From assembly GCA_038040455.1 (NCBI GenBank), contig JBBPIH010000032.1, forward strand, positions 254 to 64,253: 64,000 bases of DNA, read 5' to 3'. A program made the position numbers and the translations under genes. The notes under the pieces are model-generated. The model worked only from the letters and a program-made list of their open reading frames with translations, had not been told where the DNA came from and did not search any database. Shown here in pieces: positions 54,234-63,042 of this stretch. The stretch's first letter is position 1. The number at the start of each line of letters is the position of its first letter. Source of the stretch: Acidobacteriota bacterium. Its GTDB lineage: Bacteria; Acidobacteriota; Blastocatellia; UBA7656.

Positions 54234-55319
54234 TCAGCGGCTGGACATCGGCCGCGCATCCGGGCGCAGCGTGAGCTTCTGGACGCGCCAGTTCAAAAGC
54301 TCCGCCACGTAGACCTCGTTCTCCGAAGGGCAGGCTATTTCGTGTATCCAGCCGAACTGCTTGGGCTGCTTGCCTGACTTGCCCACCACCCCGAGGACCT
54401 TCCCCTCCAACGTGAGCTTGTAGAGGCGGCCGGGGTACGCGTCCGAGGAGTACAACACTTGATTCGGTCCGGGAGTTATGCACATCGCCCAGGGCGCGCC
54501 GTTCTGCGCGGCCGCCGCTTCAGGCGTGGGCATGTTGCCCTGTGCCGGCCGCGTGTTCGGATCGAAAGGCACATCGATCGTGATCGCGCGAATGAATGCG
54601 CCGTTGGGATCGAACACCTGAATGCGCCGGTTCCCCCGATCCGCTACGTAGATGTTTCCTTTGGCGTCTGCAGCGATGCTGTGGGGCGTGTTGAATTCAC
54701 CCGGTTTGGTTCCGCGATCGCCCCACTGCTTCACCCAGGCGCCGTTCTTGTCGAACTTGGCTACGCGAGAGTTGATGTAGCCATCGCTGATGAATACGTT
54801 GCCTTCGGTGTCCCACGTCACGTCGGTCGGCTGCCGGAACAGGCCGTCTACGGCTGGGCGCGGCGGCGTGACGCGCGTCCAGGGCACGGCCTCATCCGAC
54901 GCTTCCTTCTTGCGGCCGAACACCATCACCACGCGCCCTTCCGGGTTGAACTTGATGACCATGTCCGAGCCTTTATCCACCGCCCAGACGTTGTCCTCTT
55001 TGTCGATCCGCACGGTATGAGCGTACGACCACCCGTATAGGTTCTTGCCGATCTCACGGATGAACTTGCCGTTCGGTGCGAACTCCAGCAACTGCGCCGC
55101 CGTTGCCGCGTAAGCCGGTCCGGTTGTGTTCCCGCGCTGGAAGACGAACACGTGGCCCTTCGAGTTGACGGCTACACCCGCCACTTCACCCAGGTGCAAA
55201 TCTGGCGGCAGCTTAAGGAAGTCGACGTTCGCATCGACCTTGATTTCAGGCACCGGTGTTTGAGTAAACACAGGATTCGCTGTCAGCAGGAGAGTCAGAA
55301 CTAATAACAAGCGTCTCAC
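54234..55319 (-). CDS. NHL-repeat six-bladed beta-propeller, peptidyl-alpha-hydroxyglycine alpha-amidating lyase (PAL)-like, secreted
   Basis: Signal MRRLLLVLTLLLTANPVFTQ. NHL units GVAVNSKGHVFVFQRG, PTDVTWDTEGNVFISDGYINSRVAKFDKNG, PHSIAADAKGNIYVADRGNRRIQVFDPNG. Confidence 0.7.
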   Translation of the reverse strand: MRRLLLVLTLLLTANPVFTQTPVPEIKVDANVDFLKLPPDLHLGEVAGVAVNSKGHVFVFQRGNTTGPAYAATAAQLLEFAPNGKFIREIGKNLYGWSYAHTVRIDKEDNVWAVDKGSDMVIKFNPEGRVVMVFGRKKEASDEAVPWTRVTPPRPAVDGLFRQPTDVTWDTEGNVFISDGYINSRVAKFDKNGAWVKQWGDRGTKPGEFNTPHSIAADAKGNIYVADRGNRRIQVFDPNGAFIRAITIDVPFDPNTRPAQGNMPTPEAAAAQNGAPWAMCITPGPNQVLYSSDAYPGRLYKLTLEGKVLGVVGKSGKQPKQFGWIHEIACPSENEVYVAELLNWRVQKLTLRPDARPMSSR

Positions 55320-55479
55320 GATATCCTCCTAAAATGTGCGTTATTGCTCGAGAGTCGAAGCGTGAAATGCGACGACCTGCCATCTAGCCTCGAGCCGAAT
55401 GTACACCTTCGGGAAATCTTGGCTTCAATTTGTAAGATCGGCTCTGATTTAGAAGGCCTTGGTTTCCAGGAACACCGCA

Positions 55480-55818
55480 TCATTTCGGACGCTTGAACCA
55501 CGATTCTATCTGATTGGTGTAGCCTGCGTAGGAGCCCGAGCTGAAGGTTTCACTGGAACGAGGTGTTACCGAAACCAATTCCCATCCCTGATCGCCCAGT
55601 TCTTTCACCTTCGAGACGGCACTAACGGGGCCAGGAAGCGCCTTGTCGTCCTCAAACCAGGCTGACCAACCGCCACCACCGGTCGAAGAACGATGCACAA
55701 CAATGACTTTATACTCCCAAGCTTGCCTCACTGTTGTAGGTCTTTGTGCGTACACGCTCCATACCCCTACGCACAAGAAGGCGGCCACAGCCAGCGAAAG
55801 GTAAAGTTTGTTCTTCAT
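55480..55818 (-). CDS. DUF4177-like small exported protein
   Basis: Signal MKNKLYLSLAVAAFLCVGVWSVYAQ. WEYKVIVV ... LGDQGWELVSV pattern as in DUF4177. Confidence 0.55.
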   Translation of the reverse strand: MKNKLYLSLAVAAFLCVGVWSVYAQRPTTVRQAWEYKVIVVHRSSTGGGGWSAWFEDDKALPGPVSAVSKVKELGDQGWELVSVTPRSSETFSSGSYAGYTNQIESWFKRPK

Positions 55819-55919
55819 TGTACCTGTCCACCTCCGTTTGATTCTGAGTTGCCAGAATTAGGCGAGCGGCGTTAGAGCCTAAAACGTCGTTGCGACGCCT
55901 GAACGTCCAGTCATCGCCC

Positions 55920-56984
55920 CTACTTCTTTACATATCTCTTCAAGGCTCGCGGGCCTACTTCCGCCCCGTATATGTTTCCCTTCGCATCCACCGCGACGCC
56001 CTCGGCCGCGCTGGTTCCCGCCCCGGGTCCTGAGTCCACATTCGGGTTCGGATCAGGAATGAAAGCCGTGACCTTACCGTCCTTCACGCTGCCGATCCTT
56101 ATGCCCCTCTTCCATCCCGGGTTCCGCCTCGCGCTCGATTCTGAGTCAGCGGCATAAAGGATATCGTTCCTGATGTAAATACCGCTCAACCGGCTAAACT
56201 GCTTCCATTCTTCGAGGAACTTTCCATCCTGATCGAAGATCTGGATCCGGTTGTTGTTACGATCGGCGACGAACAGCCGGCCTTTGGAATCCATCGCCAG
56301 ACCGTGAGGCGTGTCGAACTCGCCGGGAGCCGTGCCCTTCCTTCCCCACGTCTTGATGAACTTTCCGTTTTTATCGAACTTGACGATGCGAGCGTTTGTA
56401 TTGCCGCCGTGTCCGTCCGCTACGAAGATGTCGCCGTTGGGAGCGGTGATAACATCCGATGGCTGATTGAAAGTGTCCGGGGCGTCTCCGGCAACTCCGA
56501 GTTTTCCAAGCGTCAGCAAGACCTTGCCCTCGGGACTGAACTTGACGACGATATGTCCCTTTCCCGTTGCCGCTTGCTGGTTGGCAGCGCCCGGCGGAAT
56601 GCCGTCGGTCACCCACACGTTTCCCTGTTTGTCGACATGGATGCCGTGGGGGAAGACGAACATTCCCGCGCCGAAACTCTTCACAAGTTTGCCCGTCTCG
56701 TCGAACTTGAGAACCACCGGCAGGTTCGAACCGGCGCAACTGTTTGCGCCGCATCTTTCGGCGACCCATACCGACTTGCCGTCGGGAGCGATGTCGACAG
56801 CGCTTGTTGCTCCCCACGTCCTTCCCTCAGGCATCTTCGCCCAGCCCTCGACAGTGCTATATGGATTGGGCAGGTCATTGACCGGTTGCACATTGCCCTG
56901 GGTGTGCGCCATCCCCGCAGTAGATGCGAGCACGGCAGCGATGGCTACGAGAAGCATGAATCTCTTTCGACCTGAATGCGACAT
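55920..56984 (-). CDS. NHL-repeat beta-propeller (PAL-like paralog), secreted
   Basis: ATG 56984 after GGGAGGA. PHGIHVDKQGNVWVTDG, PSDVITAPNGDIFVADGHGGNTNARIVKFDKNG, PHGLAMDSKGRLFVADRNNNRIQIFDQDG. Confidence 0.7.
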   Translation of the reverse strand: MSHSGRKRFMLLVAIAAVLASTAGMAHTQGNVQPVNDLPNPYSTVEGWAKMPEGRTWGATSAVDIAPDGKSVWVAERCGANSCAGSNLPVVLKFDETGKLVKSFGAGMFVFPHGIHVDKQGNVWVTDGIPPGAANQQAATGKGHIVVKFSPEGKVLLTLGKLGVAGDAPDTFNQPSDVITAPNGDIFVADGHGGNTNARIVKFDKNGKFIKTWGRKGTAPGEFDTPHGLAMDSKGRLFVADRNNNRIQIFDQDGKFLEEWKQFSRLSGIYIRNDILYAADSESSARRNPGWKRGIRIGSVKDGKVTAFIPDPNPNVDSGPGAGTSAAEGVAVDAKGNIYGAEVGPRALKRYVKK

Positions 56985-57019
56985 GGCAGTTCCTCCCTTA
57001 AGAAAAGACGTAGTCCATC

Positions 57020-57133
57020 CATTCTTCATTTGTCATTTGTCATAATTATCATTTCAATTTTGAGTGCCCGCAATAAATGGCCTATGACAAATCAAAAATG
57101 ACAAATGACAAATGGAAAATGGAAAATGACATG
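57020..57133. repeat. Inverted heptamer-array element (TTTGTCA / TGACAAA type, AT-rich)
   Basis: Left arm is CATTCTTCATTTGTCATTTGTCATAATTATCATTTCAATTTT. Right arm is ATGACAAATCAAAAATGACAAATGACAAATGGAAAATGGAAAATGACATG. Confidence 0.9.
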
Positions 57134-57147
57134 CTCTTTCGACCTCG

Positions 57148-58626
57148 TCAGTTTGACCGCGGTTTGGTGGTGGACTGTATCATCAACTCTGGGTCGTTCG
57201 CCATATTCGAATCTTCGCGGTCAACGACCGCGCCTTCAGCGACCCGCCCTGCTCGGTGCCGAAGCACCCCGGCGAGCCAGATCACGCCCGCAAGAATCAA
57301 AATCACAATCAGCCAACGCATGGCAGTCGCTAGTAGAGCGGCGTTCATGACAGGCCATCCGAACTGCCTCAGCCGCTCCGCGCGCTCGATCATCCAGTGC
57401 CAACCGGCGTGGGCTACCAGCGCTGACAGAATGATCGTACCCACGCGTTCAGCGACAACGAACCGGAACAGGACCTGCAGCGCGGGGATGAGCAGCGCGA
57501 GCACCAGGAGCTGCCCAAGCTCGACGCCGATATTGAATGACAGAAGCGAGGTCAGCAGGTGGGACCCGCCAAACTGGAGCGTCTGCCGGAGCGCGAACGA
57601 GAAGCCGAACCCGTGGACCAGACCAAACCCGAGAGCGATCATCCACCGGCGCTGCACGTTGCTCCCGACGATGTTCTCGAGCGCCATATAGATGATTGAA
57701 ACTGCGATCAGCGTTTCGATCAGCGGCGGAAACCACAGTGCGTCCGGCCCGAGGTTGTAAGCGGACGCGATCAGCGTAATCGAGTGCGCCACGGTAAAGG
57801 CGGTGACGACCATGATGAGCGGGCGGAAACGGCGGAATGGGATCACGAGACAAAACAGGAACAGAAGATGGTCGGTTCCGTCGAGGATGTGCAAGAACCC
57901 TGCTTCGACGAATCGCAGCGCGGCTTGATGCCACCGCGGATCAAGCCTGACCAGACCCGGATCGCCCTCGAACTCGAAGGCGCGAACAGCACCCCCGGGC
58001 GGGAGGAACCGAAGTACGGTGACTACTCGCAACCCCAGTCCCGCGAGTCGGGGACGGATCGAAAAGTCCGATAGGGCCGAGTGAATCGGGTACTCGAACA
58101 ACACGTCGAGCAGCCCCTGGTTCCAATAGAGCTCGGTATCGATGGGTAGCCTGGTGCCCGTAACGTGCGCAAGGGCGTCTTCGTAGGATTCGAAGAACTT
58201 CTCCGACTCCAGACCCGCGCGGGCGGCGATGACGCGCGGCTCACTGAGGCGGGCATCGCCTTCGTACAGCTCGACATTATCAGAGATCCACAGTGTCGCC
58301 GCGTCGCGGAGCGAGGCGTCGGCTCGCGCGAGATCCAGATAGCCCGGCCCACGTGTCGGAAAATCCACATCGCGACAGGCCCGTAGCGGCACGCGAACCA
58401 GCAAATGCAGCCGCTGACCTTCGGGCTTGAGAAATGCCTGAACCGTGACGTCGTTCGGAATGTCGTGAGCGGTCGCGCGGAACTGCAGCGTAAGAATCAG
58501 CGCCGCCACCAACGCAGCGATCACGCGCGGCCTGACGATTGTGCGACCGCCCTTCAGCACGATCCTCTTCTCCTGCGGGTTGCTGAGTTGAAAGTCTGAC
58601 TCGGAGTCCAACACAGTGAAGCCCAT
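57148..58626 (-). CDS. HupE/UreJ-family membrane protein with a large N-terminal periplasmic domain
   Basis: C-terminal TM core GFLHILDGTDHLLFLFCLVIPF ... TAFTVAHSITLIASAY ... FGLVHGFGFSFAL ... FNIGVELGQL. About 250 aa of soluble region precede it. ATG 58626 chosen (MGFTVLD...). Confidence 0.65.
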   Translation of the reverse strand: MGFTVLDSESDFQLSNPQEKRIVLKGGRTIVRPRVIAALVAALILTLQFRATAHDIPNDVTVQAFLKPEGQRLHLLVRVPLRACRDVDFPTRGPGYLDLARADASLRDAATLWISDNVELYEGDARLSEPRVIAARAGLESEKFFESYEDALAHVTGTRLPIDTELYWNQGLLDVLFEYPIHSALSDFSIRPRLAGLGLRVVTVLRFLPPGGAVRAFEFEGDPGLVRLDPRWHQAALRFVEAGFLHILDGTDHLLFLFCLVIPFRRFRPLIMVVTAFTVAHSITLIASAYNLGPDALWFPPLIETLIAVSIIYMALENIVGSNVQRRWMIALGFGLVHGFGFSFALRQTLQFGGSHLLTSLLSFNIGVELGQLLVLALLIPALQVLFRFVVAERVGTIILSALVAHAGWHWMIERAERLRQFGWPVMNAALLATAMRWLIVILILAGVIWLAGVLRHRAGRVAEGAVVDREDSNMANDPELMIQSTTKPRSN

Positions 58627-58902
58627 CACTCCGCCAGGCCGGTGCCTCTCTCCGCGACCGCATAGTAGTAGTCCGGGGCGGCGACTGACAAGCGAAATGA
58701 GGGGCAGCACTTTCCTGGACCGCGGAGCCGGCTATCGAGGCTATCGAGAAAAACCTCGCGACGGATTTGAAGCGAAACGCGTATAGTGATACGCTCCGAG
58801 ATCTCCGAGAGAAATCCTGTTTCTAGTTTGTAATCAGCACCAGTTGAAGGCGAGCCTCCCCGCTGTGACCACGGAGCTTGCACCTGAAAAGGGAGAACCT
58901 GG

Positions 58903-60153
58903 ATGAGCAATATCAAGCAGAAGCATGATCTTCATGTTGGTGCGCTTCTTGTCACTGCCCTAATCGCTCTCATAGTCAGTCACACGTTACTAGAGAAGAG
59001 CGTAGTCGCTCAGCGACGGGGCGGAGTGCAGGCGCCCAGGTTCCAGGTGGACCCGCTCTGGCCGAAGCCGCTGCCTAACCACTGGGTCCTCGGTTCGGTT
59101 ACTGGCGTCGCCGTTGATTCTCAGGATCATATTTGGATTGCGCATCGAGGAGCGGATTCGCTCGGCAACAACGAAAAGGGCGCGATACTAAACCCTCCGA
59201 CTGGCTGTTGCGTCCCGGCCCCGCAGGTTCTCGAGTTCGATCAAGCAGGTACCCTGGTCAGTCACTGGGGCGGCCCGGGGCAGGGCTTCGACTGGCCGCA
59301 GTCTACTGGTGGGATCACCGTCGATCACAAGGGAAACGTGTGGATCGCAGCCGCTGGTCAGCCCGAAACGGCTGCTGGGCGAGCCGCCGGAGCGCCCGCT
59401 GCCGGAGGCGCGAGAAGCGCCGCCTCGGCAGCTCCCCGGCTGCAAGACGCTCACGTGATCAAGTTCTCTCGCACGGGACAATTCCTTTTACAGATCGGAC
59501 GCGCGGGCAAGGTCGAGGGCAGTGACAGCAAGAGCGGGCTGAACCGGCCGGCAAGCGTAAGAGTCGATCCTGTTGCGAATGAGGTTTACGTCGCGGACGG
59601 ACTAGGCAATCACCGGGTAATTGTGTTCGACGCGGAAACCGGGGGCTACAAGCGGCACTGGGGAGCCTACGGCGATAAGCCTGATGACGCGACTCTTGGT
59701 CCGTACGATCCCAATGCGCCGCCGGCGAAACAGTTTCGCACCGTGAGCGGCGCAGCCCTCTCGAAGGATGGCCTGGTATATGTCTGCGACCGCCAGAACG
59801 ACCGAATACAGGTGTTCCGCAAGGACGGCAAGTTTGTAAGGGAAGCGTTCGTATCGAAAACCACTCTCGGCGACGGGTCGGTGTGGGACATTGCGTTTTC
59901 CAGCGACCCGCGGCAAACCTTCGTCTACGTTGCCGACGGACACGACAAAAAAGTGTTCGTCCTGCGGCGGGATACGCTCGAGGTCGTGACGAGCTTCGGC
60001 GACGGAGGGCGCCTGGCAGGCCAGTTCTACGGTGTCGGAAGCATCGCCGTGGATTCGAAGGGCAACGTCTACACCGGCGAGACCTACGAAGGAAAGCGCG
60101 TACAGAAGTTCGTTTATAAAGGCCAGGGTACGGTCGCGGGTCAGAATCGGTAG
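58903..60153 (+). CDS. NHL-repeat beta-propeller, membrane-anchored/exported (tandem paralog 1)
   Basis: N-terminal anchor LHVGALLVTALIALIVSHTLL. PRFQVDPLWPKPLPNHW, GVAVDSQDHIWIAHRG, PASVRVDPVANEVYVADGLGNHRVIVFDAETG, GLVYVCDRQNDRIQVFRKDG. Confidence 0.7.
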   Translation: MSNIKQKHDLHVGALLVTALIALIVSHTLLEKSVVAQRRGGVQAPRFQVDPLWPKPLPNHWVLGSVTGVAVDSQDHIWIAHRGADSLGNNEKGAILNPPTGCCVPAPQVLEFDQAGTLVSHWGGPGQGFDWPQSTGGITVDHKGNVWIAAAGQPETAAGRAAGAPAAGGARSAASAAPRLQDAHVIKFSRTGQFLLQIGRAGKVEGSDSKSGLNRPASVRVDPVANEVYVADGLGNHRVIVFDAETGGYKRHWGAYGDKPDDATLGPYDPNAPPAKQFRTVSGAALSKDGLVYVCDRQNDRIQVFRKDGKFVREAFVSKTTLGDGSVWDIAFSSDPRQTFVYVADGHDKKVFVLRRDTLEVVTSFGDGGRLAGQFYGVGSIAVDSKGNVYTGETYEGKRVQKFVYKGQGTVAGQNR

Positions 60154-60200
60154 CAGTGGATGGAAAGCAACTACCAGCAACTGACGCGAAGTGGCGAATA

Positions 60201-60358
60201 CCACCAACGCAGTTGGTGGATCATTCATACTCAGCCTACAACAGCGTCGCACGATCGGTTCCGGTTCTCCCTCTCGCGGCACGAGAGGGAGCAAAACGCG
60301 GGGGGGGCCGGCCTTCCTTGTAGGCTGGGTATGAAAGCACCACCAACTGCGTTGGTGG
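60201..60358. repeat. Hairpin-armed palindromic element (MITE-like) between the tandem NHL paralogs
   Basis: Arms are CCACCAACGCAGTTGGTGGATCATTCATACTCAGCCTACAA (60201-60241) and TTGTAGGCTGGGTATGAAAGCACCACCAACTGCGTTGGTGG (60318-60358). The terminal 19 nt of each arm form their own hairpin. The core hairpin is CTCCCTCTCGCGGCACGAGAGGGAG. Confidence 0.9.
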
Positions 60359-60426
60359 GATTTCCCGGAAGGTCTCTGTATTAGACTTCCCGCAGGCCTG
60401 ATGGAGCAGGAAGGAGATGCTGAAGC

Positions 60427-61611
60427 ATGAAGAGCAATCGTAATGTCTATATCGGCGCTATCTTTCTCGCGCTTCTTGTCGCGCTGTTCATCGGTCAAAG
60501 CATGCTGGACAAGACAACGGTCGCTGAAGGAGCGGCTGTGATGGCGCCCAGATTCGAGGTTGACCCGCTGTGGCCGAAGCCGCTGCCGAACCGTTGGTAT
60601 ATCGGTATGACGATCGGAGTGGGAGTCGATGCCCAGGACCACATCTGGATCGTTCATCGGCCCGACACGCTCTCTGCTAACGAAGCTGCCGCCGACCAGA
60701 AGACCGGCGCATGCTGCTCGAAGGCGCCGCCTGTCCTGGAGTTCGATCAAGCAGGCAACCTGATCGGGCACTGGGGCGGCCCAGGACAAGGGTACGAGTG
60801 GCCAGAGTCGAATCACGGAATCACCATCGACCACAAGGGCAACGTCTGGATCGGGGGTAACGGCACCAAGGACGCTCACATTCTGAAGTTCACCCAGGAC
60901 GGCAAATTCCTGGCGCAGTATGGTCATTCCGGAAAGAACGGCGGCAGCAATAACATGGAGAACTTCGGGAGAGTGGCCAAGATCTTTGTCGATCCAAAGG
61001 CCAACGAAGCCTACATCGCCGACGGCTACCTCAACAAACGCGTGGCTGTGATCGACGCGGACACCGGCAAGTTCAAACGCTACTGGGGCGCCTACGGGAA
61101 CAAACCCGACGATAAGAACCTCGGCCGCTACGATCCGGACGCGCCGCCTGTCCAGCAGTTCCGCAATCCGGTCCACTGCGCCGAGCTCTCTAACGACGGG
61201 TTCTTATACGTCTGCGACCGCCCGAACAACCGGATTCAGGTGTTCGAGAGAGACGGCAAGTTTGTGAAGGAACAATTCATCGCCAAGAGATCTTTGGCCG
61301 ACGGGTCGGTGTGGGACATCGCCTTCTCAAAAGATCCGCAGCAGAAGTACATCTACGTCGCGGACGGCCGCAATCAGAAGGTGTACATCATACAGCGTGA
61401 TACGCTCGAGCTGTTGACCAGCTTCGGCGATGGCGGTCGCCAGCCGGGGCAGTTCTACGGGGTGCACAGCATCGCCACCGATTCGAAGGGCAACATCTAC
61501 ACCACCGAGACCTACGAGGGAAGGCGATTGCAGAAGTTCGTGTACAAAGGTCTCGCGCCGGTCACTAAGCAAGACCAGGGAACGGTCTGGCCGGCGGCAG
61601 GCGCAAAGTAG
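60427..61611 (+). CDS. NHL-repeat beta-propeller, membrane-anchored/exported (tandem paralog 2)
   Basis: Anchor VYIGAIFLALLVALFIGQSML. PRFEVDPLWPKPLPNRW, GVGVDAQDHIWIVHRP, GFLYVCDRPNNRIQVFERDG. Collinear with 58903..60153. Confidence 0.7.
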   Translation: MKSNRNVYIGAIFLALLVALFIGQSMLDKTTVAEGAAVMAPRFEVDPLWPKPLPNRWYIGMTIGVGVDAQDHIWIVHRPDTLSANEAAADQKTGACCSKAPPVLEFDQAGNLIGHWGGPGQGYEWPESNHGITIDHKGNVWIGGNGTKDAHILKFTQDGKFLAQYGHSGKNGGSNNMENFGRVAKIFVDPKANEAYIADGYLNKRVAVIDADTGKFKRYWGAYGNKPDDKNLGRYDPDAPPVQQFRNPVHCAELSNDGFLYVCDRPNNRIQVFERDGKFVKEQFIAKRSLADGSVWDIAFSKDPQQKYIYVADGRNQKVYIIQRDTLELLTSFGDGGRQPGQFYGVHSIATDSKGNIYTTETYEGRRLQKFVYKGLAPVTKQDQGTVWPAAGAK

Positions 61612-61627
61612 TCGGGAGGCGAAAACC

Positions 61628-61753
61628 CCATTTATGATTTGCAATTTTCCGTTTGTCATTTGTCATTTGCCATCGCTGGAAGCGCGCCAAACAACAAAGA
61701 GAACAATGAAAAATGACATATGGAAAATATGGAAAATCGAAAATGGAAAATTG
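61628..61753. repeat. Inverted heptamer-array element (TTTGTCA / GGAAAAT type)
   Basis: Left arm is CCATTTATGATTTGCAATTTTCCGTTTGTCATTTGTCATTTGCCAT. Right arm is ATGAAAAATGACATATGGAAAATATGGAAAATCGAAAATGGAAAATTGG. Confidence 0.85.
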
Positions 61754-61802
61754 GCTGCGTGCGTCAGATAGTTCTTGCCAGTTTCAAACAAAGGAGTCGC
61801 AT

Positions 61803-63005
61803 ATGATTCAGAATTCAGCGACACGTCGAACATTCATAGGGTCAATAGCAACGGCTCTTGGTCTAGTCGGCCTACGTCCCCATCTAGAAGCTTTCGCGCA
61901 AACGCGACAAGCTCGACAGGGTGAACCCGGGGAGGAACATCCCGAGGAAGATTACGACTCCATGGCGAAGCTCGCGAGCAACGAGAATTGCTGGGGACCT
62001 TCCGCCTCTGTGCTCAAAGCGATGAACGACGCGTGGAAATATGCCAACCGGTATCAGTATCCCGACGGCGGCATCGTCGACGCTATTGCCAAGCATCACG
62101 GCTTGAAGCCCGAGAACGTGATACTCGGCGCAGGGTCGGGCGAAGTCCTCAGGATAGTCGGTCAAGCGTTCCTGCTTGATCACAAGAAATGCGTCGGCGT
62201 CGACCCCAGTTACGATTCAGTTTATCGCTACGTCACAAACAGCAAAGCCGACGCGATCAAAGTCGCCTTGCTGAAGGACTACCGTATGGACATTCCAGGG
62301 GTGATACGCGCCACGAAGATGAACTATCGCGATGTAGGCTTTGTCTATCTCTGCAACCCGAACAATCCAACCGGCAATATCATCCCCAAGCATGAAGTGA
62401 AGATGCTGCTCGACAGCATTCCTGGGGATGTCCCGGTGCTGATCGACGAGGCCTACCATCATTTCGTCGCGAGTCCTGATTACGCGACGTCGGTGCCTTA
62501 CGTTCAGGAAGGACGGCCGGTGATCGTGACCCGCACGTTTTCGAAGATCGCAGCACTGGCCGGGATGCGTCTCGGCTATGGGCTCGCGCCGAAAGAGCTG
62601 ATCGAGAGGATGCGCCCGTTCGGCGGCGGCGGCCTGAATGCCATCGTGAAGTACGGCGGCGTCGCGGCTCTGAAAGACGTGGCATATGAGAGAAAGATCA
62701 AGCAGATGGCGATTGATCTTCGCGAAAAGACGACCCGGGAGTTGCGTGCTTTTGGCTACGAAGTAATTCCGTCAGAAGCAAACTTCTTTATGGTGAACGT
62801 GGGCCGCGATGTGACTCAGGTGGCGGAAGACTTCAAGAAACGAAAGATTCTGGTGGGGCGAAAGTTTCCGCCGATGAACAACTGGCTGCGGGTGTCGGTC
62901 GGCACCGAGCCTGAGATGGCGCGCTTCATGGCGGCATTCAAAGAGATGTTTCCGGCGGGCGGCATCAAAAAGGCTAAGAAAGAAGCGAAGGAGGCGGGTG
63001 CCTGA
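61803..63005 (+). CDS. Class I/II PLP-dependent aminotransferase (HisC-like) with an apparent twin-arginine signal peptide
   Basis: AAAGGAG lies before ATG 61803. MIQNSATRRTFIGSIATALGLVGLRPHLEAFAQ (S/T-RR-x-F-I). LASNENCWGP, YLCNPNNPTG, IDEAYHHF, and the PLP-Lys context TRTFSKIAALAGMRLGY. Confidence 0.75.
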   Translation: MIQNSATRRTFIGSIATALGLVGLRPHLEAFAQTRQARQGEPGEEHPEEDYDSMAKLASNENCWGPSASVLKAMNDAWKYANRYQYPDGGIVDAIAKHHGLKPENVILGAGSGEVLRIVGQAFLLDHKKCVGVDPSYDSVYRYVTNSKADAIKVALLKDYRMDIPGVIRATKMNYRDVGFVYLCNPNNPTGNIIPKHEVKMLLDSIPGDVPVLIDEAYHHFVASPDYATSVPYVQEGRPVIVTRTFSKIAALAGMRLGYGLAPKELIERMRPFGGGGLNAIVKYGGVAALKDVAYERKIKQMAIDLREKTTRELRAFGYEVIPSEANFFMVNVGRDVTQVAEDFKKRKILVGRKFPPMNNWLRVSVGTEPEMARFMAAFKEMFPAGGIKKAKKEAKEAGA

Positions 63006-63042
63006 CCTGCGATGCCAGCGGCTGGCGAAAGTAGTTGGAGAG

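Noticed and set aside
59602-61176. 524-aa minus-strand ORF spanning both tandem NHL genes and the repeat between them.
   Set aside because: It is antisense to two genes with clear NHL motifs, signal anchors and SD sequences. It crosses a non-coding palindromic element and has Arg/Val-rich composition, typical of antisense frames in GC-rich DNA.
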